DNA of 64,000 nt, taken from assembly GCA_030141605.1 (NCBI GenBank), contig JAQGDQ010000175.1:124001-188000 (forward strand), written 5' to 3'. The notes below the pieces were generated by a model. That model was not told the origin of the DNA. It worked only from the letters and a program-made list of their open reading frames with translations, and ran no database searches. A program made the position numbers and the translations under genes. Every line of letters starts with the position of its first letter. Positions within the stretch are counted from its first letter, which is position 1. Positions 53,350 to 64,000 of this stretch are shown one piece after another. The stretch comes from Tubiluchus corallicola. Lineage: Eukaryota; Animalia; Priapulida.

Positions 53350-53640
53350 TATGATTGATCGAAGAAGACATCATCCACATCAGAGGCACAGGAAAATCCA
53401 GATAAGATCTACAAGCAACAATCGAGGTTAAACATAAAGCAATCCTCTTTTCCCCCGGGGAGTAGTAAACTGGTGGAAGGAATTATCTTACTTAAGAAAC
53501 ATACAGGGATAGTATGCGAGCTAGCAGATAAGTTGGTACCGGCTTCGATGTCCCTTTTCTTATTAGACAAACTGATGTCCTGTGAGAGGGATCCAGCCAT
53601 CATACAGATAAGTTCCAGGTAAATACATCATAGTGACAGA
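53350..53640 (+). mobile_element. Degenerate LINE (CR1/L2-like) 3' fragment
   Basis: Raised GC; TCTTTTCCCCCGGGGAGTAGTAAACTGGTGGAA resembles a decayed SFFPRVVNWWN motif; frameshifted. Confidence 0.35.
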
Positions 53641-56554
53641 AACTAATATCGATGGTGGCTAGTATTAATATAATACCACTAGTAGTAGTATTATTTGCAA
53701 GACATTTAAGAAGAATCTTAAATGTTGCAATAAACTATTGGTGCTACAGCACACCCTCTTCCACTGAAGTCTAGTGGATATAATGCACATTAAATGCATA
53801 GTTTAATAAATAGTTAAGTCACAGAAAATAATAAAATAAGTATTATTAATAATAATATTCATTATTATATATTTTTAATCATTATCATCATCAATCTCAT
53901 TTTGTCTGTTGTAGATATTGAGGCATTACTGATTATTAGAGCATTCCACCCACTCCTACTTGCAGCTAAACCGTAAGTTATTCTGCTTCTAAGGCTATTA
54001 TTATTGTTATTAATTCAAGGCAATTTTATAAGCACACAATAATAGTCCCAATATACGAAATCTTGCGTCCATTTAGCCACCAAAGTATACAAAACCAAAG
54101 TAGAGAATTTTGCGCAGCAGTTCGCGCAGTTGGTGTCGCCCTAGCGGCAGAGCAGTACGGACTGTGTTGTCAGGTACGCTATAGCGCAAGCTGTGTGTAC
54201 TGTAGCAGATGAATTCATGAGACTACCAAAGCAAGACCAGTTAACAGGCGCTTATAAATTGCTCAGCAGTGAGATGCGAAAACACAAATAAAATATCTTT
54301 TGAATTTCGCAAGGATGCAGCCAGGTAATTATAGCAAAATGTTAATTATAACACAGTTTTGTACCTTTTGTTACAAGTTAAATATTTTGTACACTAAGCA
54401 AAGAGAACAAGGCCTACATCTGTCTTTGGCGATTTATAGGAGCTGTTATATTTTGAATATTATTTAAAGCAAGCATAAGGCATTAAGAATAATTAGTAGT
54501 TAAAATAAAAACTATTATAATCATATCTCATGAAAATTAATAGACTTATTTACAAAAGAAGTTAAGAAAGTTGATCATAAAGAAAGTTTGCAAATACCTG
54601 GCTCATGTAGTAATCTATTTCTGGAGAATTTACTAAAAAATACATTCCTATTTAATATGTTCTTATCAGGAAATATAACTTGAAGAAATATTAGGCCTGA
54701 CTTTCATGTGTAATACCTTTCATAGAAAAAAATCGATTTTTTCAGAAGGGCAAATAATTTTTCCATAACAACACTTAATCTAAGCATCTACATGTTTTGT
54801 TAATTCCAAATTAAAAGATGTTTAAAAAGCATATGATCATGCATTGGCCTTTGTTATGACTTGTAGTTGGTTACAATCAGTGAACAAAAAACAACAAAAC
54901 GAAACATCAGAGCTGTCATCCTAAGCAGCCAACATTACTTCTACCTCTATAACAACCAACTAACTAGGTCAAAATTAAGTTACAGAATTCAGGTGAGAAG
55001 TGTAAAAAATGTACTTGTATAAGCGTACTAATAAAACACCTGTGGCTAAATCCACTGACAAGTCTTAATAAATATTATTTATTGATGGACTTAAATTAAT
55101 TGATTTTATACATGCCTAGGTGATAAGGGCAATCATTTTACATAATTAAATATATAGGCTCAGCCTCATAGAATCTTTGTATGTGATAATGCATACATCA
55201 TAGTTTGTGTGCATGGGTGTATCAAGACGTTACGACGCCCTAGGCTGGCAGTTCAGTCCTACTCATCTCTACTACTGTAATGATTATTTATATATGAAAC
55301 ACGGTATGCAATTACTTGTTGTGTGCATACATGCATATGCGAATTATTTATATACAAACCTAGAATATAATATATGTGTAAGTATATAGATTAATTGCAT
55401 GGCACGTAAATGGGTGCAATTTTTAATGTGCCAAATTCACTACCTCGCATTGGAGTAAAACGACCAAGAAACAAATGGCAGAACCTTCAACAAAACGAAA
55501 AGAAAGATCTCTTTCTGTGTGTCTCTGCATCTCTCTCCCTCCCACCCGGTCTCTGTCTCTCTCTCTTTGTCTCTCTCCCTCCCTTTCACTGTCTCTCTTC
55601 TTCTTCCTCTCTCTTTCTCTCTCTCTCCCTTCCTCTCTTTCTCCCTAAGACAGGGAGGGAGAGAAAAATCAACAAATCAATAAAAAATGCATTACTTTTT
55701 TACATAGTAGGCAGCCCATCACGCAGTCAGCTAGCCTCTTTCCTCAGGAAGAACAATAAAATTTTTCTTACAAGAAAACCGAAGAACTATTTGCAAGTAT
55801 ATAATACAAACTTATAGCTACAATTTTTTTCCTTTTCATTAAATGTTTTCAGTTTTTTTTAAACTAATAATTGCTTTTAATTGAGATATTCTTCTTTTAC
55901 TAAAAACACAAAAGTAGTTTTGGCTTATCAAAATTGCGCATTTGCCAACGTTATTGGTGAACTTAAGAATATTATTATTACAGTCAATGCGCCGCTCAAA
56001 ATTTTTTAACCATCCGCCGTTTGATGCCGCCAGCCTAGCCACTAGTCGCAAAGCGAAATACGTAACAATAGGCGAATTCCGTCACTTCCTCTTTTTACAC
56101 TTTGTAGCCACGATTAACAGTTCTAGCCAAAATGTAAAAGAGAAAGTGATGAAATTTATTGTTACGTATTTCGTTTTTGTGATTAGCGGCTGTGATTAAT
56201 TTCATAAAACTAAAAACACATCATGAAAATAAAAAACAGTTTTAGCAATAAGTTTGTATTATGTACTTGCAAACCGACTACTAAAAGAAAAGAAAATCCT
56301 TTACTTACATAAACCTAGAAAAATTTGTCTTGAAATTTTGTATTACCAGTAGGGGTGAGCAACTGAGCATTCGATCTCTACCAGAAAGCGAATTCGAATG
56401 GAATCAAATAATTTGCTTTGTTCTCATGCAATTATTACAATTTATGTCAAATTATAATAATTTTTTTATTTTGTATTGTGCTGCTAGCGAGCCGTGACGC
56501 GGAATAAATTGAAGTTGAATCAGAAACGGAAAACCTTTGATGACGCAGAGTCAC

Positions 56555-56690
56555 AATAGACATAGACATAGAACATTTATTTTCTCCATTTGTTTGACAT
56601 GACAAGTTTTTTTAAATATTACTTAATTATAGTAGTGGAGCAGGGCAGGGAAGGACCATAGGGTCATCTAGTCTCCTGCCCTGTCTTATA
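56555..56690 (-). mobile_element. Retroposon 3' end with (CTATGT)n tail, copy 2
   Basis: Similar to 25008-25160; includes hairpin CAGGGCAGG...CCTGCCCTG. Confidence 0.55.
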
Positions 56691-57412
56691 ATTAAATTAG
56701 TATATTAAACACAACCATATATATATCTATGGTCTCCACTGAGAACGCACTAACTGCATCAATATGGCATCCAACGTGTTAAAGTGTGTTTCTAATATGT
56801 TTTAGGCCTATTGTTATATTACTCTGTTTTCTCTATTTTAAACTAAAGTAATCGGATTAAGAGTGAAAACTGGTAGGTTCTTCACAAACGGAATCAACTA
56901 TGCAGATAGTTTTCCTTTCGGTGTTGGCAAACGATTTTTAACTTAAGGCTTGCCGCGTGAGAGGTGTTAATATTAATAATAATATTGGTGATGTGTAGTG
57001 TGCCGAGAGCATTTTCATTAATTGCGTATCCAGTGTAGTTTTAGAGACATTTCTTGCAAAGGCTTTCGTACCTTTAAAATGCCTATCACTTTTAAGAAAA
57101 AGGAAGGATATAAGCCTGATAATTTATAATTATTCCTAAGTCAACAAGTTATACTGAGTAAATCAGTAAGTGGACGTAGGTGTATCGAATGATCGATGAA
57201 TGTATTCTTTATTTTTAACATTGTAACAAAGGTGTTTGCAAATTTAATAAATGTTTTCTAAGCGATATAATTATGGCATAGTTTTTTAATTATTTCACTA
57301 ATCTGAGTAATAGTAATACAGTCCAATCCCGGCTTATAATGAAACTCTTGGTAGTACGCCGATTTTATTATTATGTTCTTGCCAAGCTTATAGTAAAACC
57401 TATGTAACCACG

Positions 57413-58608
57413 TGTGACGCCGTGTAATAACTAAGTCAGGACGTTAAGAAATCAGAGTACTGTGTTCAGGGTTCTCGAGCGTTTCCGTCACTTTTATATG
57501 CTAAATCTACAGGATAATCATTCATTTGTGTAGGCTACGTGAATCCGTGTCACTGGTGAAACACTTGTGTGCACGTGCAAATTATTTAATCAGAACGAAA
57601 ACGGAACTAAAAGCTAATATTTAGATTTAGAATTTAATCAGTAAAACAACAATAGCAAATTAAATTGATAACAATTTCGAACAATACCTAATTCCCCCAA
57701 AAGTAACGTTGGCCGGCTACGCTTCTGTCTCTCATCAGGCTTCCGGATCTATCAACCACGCTCTTGAGTCTCCAACCATGCCACACCGACTTTTCATCTC
57801 CAGCAGTCAGCCACGTCCTCGCCAGCAGCTCTTTGCCAGTGGTCATCAACCCAGCCTCTCTGCCACTCTGCATGGACCACGCTTTAAAACTGCTCCAGCA
57901 ATCCAGCGGTTGAACTCGTACCTGGTTGCCTCAGCCTTCCAGTAATAAAGCCAAATATCGTCCTTTTGCAGGGTGACAAACAGAACCTTTAGTTCAGACA
58001 AACAGACAGACAATTGGTCCAGGTATAACTGGTCCTCAACTGGTTTTCCACTACTATTCAGCGAGAATTTGAGTCCTATTCTGCAGGTAGAAATATGGTT
58101 ACCAAACACTTGCTTCTTGAATGTCAAGACAGTGTCATCACAGCAAACAACGAATAAACAAAAGTAGACAAAACCATTGTCTTTGTGACAAATCATCTCA
58201 CTGCATACGAGTACCATTAAAGACAGGTTCATACCAAACTTGGCGTTCAGCCATCTAAAATAACCTCAGGACGTGGACTAACCAGCAAAACTCCACCACC
58301 CTGTAACTTTGACAGTCAGAACATAACTAGTGTAAAACACGAACTCTGTAGTAAGATCCCAAAACAGGTTGAAGCCATTTGGTATTCGAATTTCAGGTAA
58401 CCTAATTACAGGTAAGCAGAGAAATAAGTGGCCAGAGCCATCTACTGTCAAAATCTTACAAAAACACACAATGTAATATAAGTTTAAATAAACAGTGCAA
58501 CAAATCAATCAGGTAATTAGGTCATTGATTATGTACGTACAACGTCATAGGAAAGATATATCAAAATAGGTGTTGCGACAATGATGGGTGGTATAACCGA
58601 TCATCACA
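57413..58608. mobile_element. Solo LTR-like element, 1196 bp
   Basis: TGTGAC...ATCACA termini with 5-bp TSD CCACG (57408-57412, 58609-58613); size and 5' terminus like 30535-31707. Confidence 0.7.
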
Positions 58609-60248
58609 CCACGTATGGTTAATATTAAAATCATTATTACGCAAACCCTGTTTACACGCCCGCCAATATAATTTTAATACAAATATACTTTTAATAGGAT
58701 TTCTGCTGTGTTGCACCCAGTCTAGACTAGACACTCTTCACCTGTTGTCACGGTAACCAGAACTATGTTTTTTACAACATTATGTGTCATAGTGTAATGC
58801 ACGTAGGTTATCATGCAGACACAATATTTTGTCATAGTTTAGTTTAAACTTGAAACACAGTTTAATAAGTCATTCAGCCAGATATTCAGTGCAACATTTA
58901 AAATCTTGATGATTTCATTGCAAGTTTTGCTTGTAAGAATGCAAAACAGTAAAATTACAGATTTTTTCAAAACTTAGTGATAAAACGTGAGTGAGTTAAT
59001 TGTAGCACATTTCTACTTTGTTGGATTTTTTGGGGTTAAAAATTTTTACAATTTAAAAATTTTTGTCATTGAAATGAGTGTAGAAACAACTACCTGCAGT
59101 CAAATTGTTGATTTCCAAAACGTTTTCCCACTGTGATAAAAATTTGCCCTTATAGTTTAAAACTAGTACTTGTTACTGTCTGCCTTCCCTAAACAGCTAG
59201 GCTTCACTTGCACGTATGCAATTGTTATACCATAGCAGCGGCCATAGTAAAGTTTTGTTCTGTAGGTGGGCACTTAACATTGTGGTGTGCAGTACATTAC
59301 AGACTACACATTTGCAGTATTAACATACCATAGACTCTCAGGCACCATTAACCCCTTGCCTGCTTTAGAGTTTATACTACTGACTGGTAACACATTGATA
59401 TAATTTTGCGAAACGGGGGGTTAAACAAGCTTAAACTGTGCTCCCTGACAAACGAAAACCCGTGAAGAGACTACACGTCTGTTAACTGCTATTTACATTA
59501 GAAGTAAAAATACGTGTAATCGATAATACGAAACACACGTAATACGAAAAAATATTCTGGTCCCGTGAAAATTATATTAATGGGATTCAACTAAATGTCT
59601 TTTACTAATGTAATTCCTAGTTTCAAATTTGTTAAAATTGTTTAGTAATTCGTGTAAAATTACTAAAATAAGAATTTTGTTCCAGTTTAAGGCTTTCAAA
59701 ATTTGGCCAATGTCGGAAGTGCATTGCTTTTCAGAACTGTGTCTTGAACACTGCTGGGGAAAATTTAAAGCCTTATTTGACATATGTGATGTATGGCACA
59801 AGTAAACTGCCCAGACCCCATAACTTATTATTATCATCTTTTCATATATGTATAAATGTGGTCAGTCTTTCTAACAAAATAAAATGAAGTAATAGCTGTC
59901 ACTGGCTTGCTGTTGATGCTCTTATGCCATTGCTATTATTACATTATTTGCATCATCCTTATTTGCATTATTAAGTTATCTACAGAAGCATGCATAATTA
60001 TAATCTTTTTTTTTCATTTAAGTAAGGTGAGTATATGAATGACCGTATGGTCGTAAATTCATCTCGCACTACTCAAATTATTTTATTTTGAATTTATTGA
60101 TGTGTGAAATAAAATTCATAGTTCATATTTTATTCTGATTGTACTTATGAAAGGAACAGATGAAAGCAAATAATATAAACAATCTTTTACTTGCTCTCTT
60201 AAGTAAATATAAATAGTAGAGTGTTTCTTTTTGCTAGGTGTTTAGTAA

Positions 60249-63200
60249 ATGAAGCCACGATCACCTCAGCAGTCTTCTGTGGAGTCTGAAGAGCCTCGGT
60301 TTGATGAATCCTACTACGAACCATTCATTGAATTTGATAAGCGTTTTGGTAAAAAACTGAAGAACCCTAGGCGATTCGTGTGGATATCTATGTTTGTTTG
60401 TGTCTCGGCTTTGTTTGCGAAGCCACTTTATGACATTGGTTATTATCTGATGACCCGGGAACCAAAACCCGAGCCATTGCCACCAGTTGAAATTCCATTT
60501 GATAAGGACGGTGAGTGTAAATCTAGTCAGAAAAAAGTCAAAAAAACTTCATATTGCTGTTGGCTTTTGTCGTTTAGCTAAATTTCTTTAAGGTGATAAT
60601 TTTCTTCATAATTTTTACAGTTACAATCATGTGTGGCCTTGAGTCACTGTTTACTCGACTCAGAATATGGGAATCTCTTGAGTAATGATAATGTTAATTT
60701 CTGTTAACAGTTTATAAATTTCAAACAGACAAACCTGACAATACAAGTGCTACAGTAATCTGATGGCGCGAGAGGAAATCGATCTTTTTAAGCTTTACAT
60801 TAAATTCCCTGCAATTGTTTTTAGATTTGTCAGAGTCTGGCAGTTAGAGATTATAAACTCATGAAATGGCTTTAGTTTCTTACTACCAAGTGTTCAACTC
60901 ACAATTTTGAAGTGAATGATTTGTCATAATGTGTGTGAGTGATGTGCGTGGCTCAGAATGGCTCATGATTGCGCTTACTCGATGTAAATGGTTGTGGCGA
61001 GAGCAAAATCTGCTCCATTATTATGAATAGTCTTCTGAGGTTAAAACACTAAACAAGCAGAGAATGATAACTTGAAAATATATTAGACCACATTTCCGGA
61101 AAGTGTCGTATGTGGGTTTAGTTGTTATTGAGTTTCGCATGAATTGTATATATGATTACACATGTTTTATGACAAGCTTGGTGAGGACTAGGAACTTTTT
61201 AATCAAAGTCATCGTGTTACAGTGAACTTCATAAATCAACTTTGATTGGTCTTTAGTGACATGTTATTTATAGCATCCATTGATGTTATGTTATCTATGT
61301 GCAGTGTAATCTGTTTATAACGAGTTTCCGAGGACCAGCAAAATTTGCTCACTATAACAGAGCCGCGTTATAGCCAAGGTCAATTTGAGGTTGGAAATGA
61401 AGGCTATAAGGCAACAGTGTTGAGAAGTAACACATAATGCATTAGTGCAATCAGATTACTTTTTATGATAATGTGTCGCGAACTTGAAAAATCGGCACAG
61501 TGCATTTTGGCACCATGTTGCGAACTTGTAAAAGTTCTAGTTATTTTTTAAGCTGTCAGACTGAAGATTTTTTTATCTAAAGGAAATTCACAAAAAGCAT
61601 ATTATTAGTATAATGTTGTTCCTAGCTAGAGATAAATAAAAGCAAAGGACGAAAATTAAAACATCGTGATTGCAATTCCTTATTTACAACAATTGTACAA
61701 TATTAGATGGCATGTTAAAATATGATACTGTTAGACATCGTATTGAGTTACAGTCATAAATGTTAGTACTAATTTCTCTAGCTATGCTCAGTTTCATATC
61801 CTATAAGTACTCACTAAATTGCCTATACATTGGCTACAAATTAGTTATAAACATGTAAGAAATTATTATAACACGGGGAAAACCTGTTTCAAGGATTTCA
61901 TGCACCAGACAAGTTTTTCCCCAAGTATCTACTTCCTGCTTACACTCTTATACTACCATATACATTTAGATAATTACGTAGTTAATGAGGTTATGACAGT
62001 AGTGATTCACTTGGATTTAAAGTTATTCATTACAATTAAGCAACAAGTTTATTTTCCTGCTATACTTGCAATACTTCTTAACTAGCTTCACGTAAAATAA
62101 TATATGTAACATGTAACTATACCTGTCCAATTGGAAAGATGTTTCCAACACAATGTATGATGCAATTACTTTGTTTAATCTAGTAACCAGACTACTCGTT
62201 ACTTTTCCAAACTGTTAAACTGCCATTTAAAATACCGCCATTGTAACGAGTAGTCTGATTAAACTAGGATTACTAATCTAGCCAAAAACATGCAGCGCTT
62301 TAAATTAGGCTGTTTTGATTATTAGCCACCTTGTTTATCTTAGCCGCACCAAACCCAATGTTGCCGTTCTAACTGGGAAAGCCCAGGTATTTTAACTAAG
62401 TTCCAAAGATAGCATAAGACAAATTTTCAAGGGTCAGTTAGAACAAATAAAAATATAATAGGTTTGCTCAGTGGCCCTAAATTTTAACTAATTAATACTG
62501 TCTAGACTCTATTATTGTCTGGGATTAAGGCATATTATTCGTGCAAAAAATTTCTACATAAAACTGCTGGCAAGTTCCTTTTGTAAACCCTGCTGTGGAT
62601 GTTATTCATTGATTTCATTCATTCAGTGAGGACGTTTGTTAAAAACTGAGTTGTGTTTTGCATAGGTGTCATGTACAGTCAATAAATTAGTCTCCAGAGA
62701 TGCCATGTGACAACCTTTTAGCTCTTGGTGATACAGCGCATCGTCCAAGCACATTGTTTTAGAACATTTGTGCTGGTTATATACAAGCTAAGTACAATCA
62801 CAGGGCAGCTAAATTTCTTTGCAATAAGCAAAAACTAGTAATACAGGAGTCTGGAGCTCTCTGTAAGCAAGATTTAAAAATATTGTTTATGCCTAAGATT
62901 TGGCAGAATTTTAAATTTATTCGTAACAACCATAGTATCCCCCTTATAATAGGCCTCATTATAAGTGGATTATACTTTATTATACATTTGTGCAACTATT
63001 TTGGTCATATGAATGCCGTGTTTAGAGTTGAGAGGGTGTTTTGAGAGTGTTTATCACAATTCAATCTGCCGTTTTTAAATGTAGTAAAAATTTGAATCCA
63101 GTCCACGAAATTATGTATAATGTAGGCAGTTCTTTCAAATGTCCTTGGATCTGTTTCATTCCTAAACTTTTAATTACAATTAAATAAAGGAAAATAAAAC

Positions 63201-63943
63201 TAAAGATTGATGTTATTGTCACCATTTTCAAGAGTTAAATCTTAAATCTAAAATCTAAAAGGAAAGCCGAACGATTGTTTAGACTCCATCTCATTTTAAT
63301 TTACTGTCCTAAATATACATTTTCTTGCCTATAAAAGTTATCAATTGTTTCTTATATTTGAATAATTAGCTTAGAAAGTTAATTAACGGCAACCGAACAC
63401 AGCTATTGCTTACGTCAGAAGCTAACCACAGTTTATGCAAAAGCAGGCAGCTTAAACGCGTGATGTCACGAAAATGGGCTATACGTCATATGACGTCAGA
63501 AACTAATGCTGCAGTTCATTATCACGGTATCATGGTTTATCACGGTGCCGCCTTCTATTTGTCTGCCATGCGCATGTGACAAAAAGGCACCGTTGCCAAT
63601 CTCAGTAGATTCACTGAGTCGCGCTTAGCTTTGAAAGTTTAACAGAACTTGAGTATCCAAGGTAATTATTATTTAATCTAGGCTTTGATTTAAAAAAACT
63701 ATTGTAGTTTTCATTATTTTAGAGCATTCTTTATTTTGAATTAATGTTTACACAATCGTTCGCTTTTCCTTTAATAATGCCCATTTACAGATGTTTGAAA
63801 TTGCCAGCATTGTAAGTAGCTGTGTCTAGAAGCATTACAAAGCTTCTAGTAAAGTGGGTAAAAATGCTGTTTTTTTGTAATCAAACTAAACTTTGATACA
63901 TTGCATTTTAATTTTATTTTTTATTGCAGAGCCAGTGGAGTGA
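60249..63943 (+). CDS. Small single-pass membrane protein, 91 aa, uncharacterised
   Basis: Exons 60249-60510 (acceptor at 60237, donor G|GTGAGT) and 63930-63943 (TTGCAG|AG CCA GTG GAG TGA); basic stretch then hydrophobic FVWISMFVCVSALFAKPLYDIGYYLM; in-frame TAA before ATG. Last exon choice less certain. Confidence 0.7.
63260..63770 (+). mobile_element. Kolobok-type non-autonomous DNA element, complete copy
   Basis: TIRs AGGAAAGCCGAACGATTGT / ACAATCGTTCGCTTTTCCT, flanked by TAAA and TTAA; second copy at 31918-32425. Confidence 0.75.
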
Positions 63944-64000
63944 GGTTAAATGCGGTTTCTTTTTGCAGTCAGATACAGAAGTGCAGCAGCAGCCATGTCG

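Noticed and set aside
57688-58508. Cluster of ORFs suggesting a viral or host gene
   Set aside because: Lies within the TSD-bounded LTR-like element; interrupted frames, no recognisable domain.

Overview
AT-rich, intron-containing animal (invertebrate-type) genomic DNA; no prokaryotic features. Six protein-coding genes can be spliced by hand with GT-AG junctions and consistent phases: (1) PDCD4, + strand, 10 coding exons, 472 aa; (2) urease accessory protein UreD, - strand, 8 coding exons, 298 aa, an unusual gene for an animal; (3) an unrecognised secreted, lysine-free Gln/Ser/Gly/Arg-rich protein, + strand, 333 aa; (4) B4GAT1-like GT49 glucuronyltransferase, + strand, 425 aa; (5) a 1560-aa - strand protein whose N-terminus resembles the TPP1/ACD (Est3) telomerase-recruiting OB fold, followed by a 3.9-kb exon with an SQ-rich 14-aa array, SPxR repeats and a terminal PxVxL motif; (6) a 91-aa single-TM protein, + strand. 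Non-coding DNA holds three solo LTRs with 5-bp TSDs (one with a heat-shock-element array next to its TATA box, inside ureD intron 1), hAT, Tc1/pogo and Kolobok-type MITEs, LINE fragments, a 5S rRNA-derived element and satellites. All family calls come from motif recognition by eye, not database searches.
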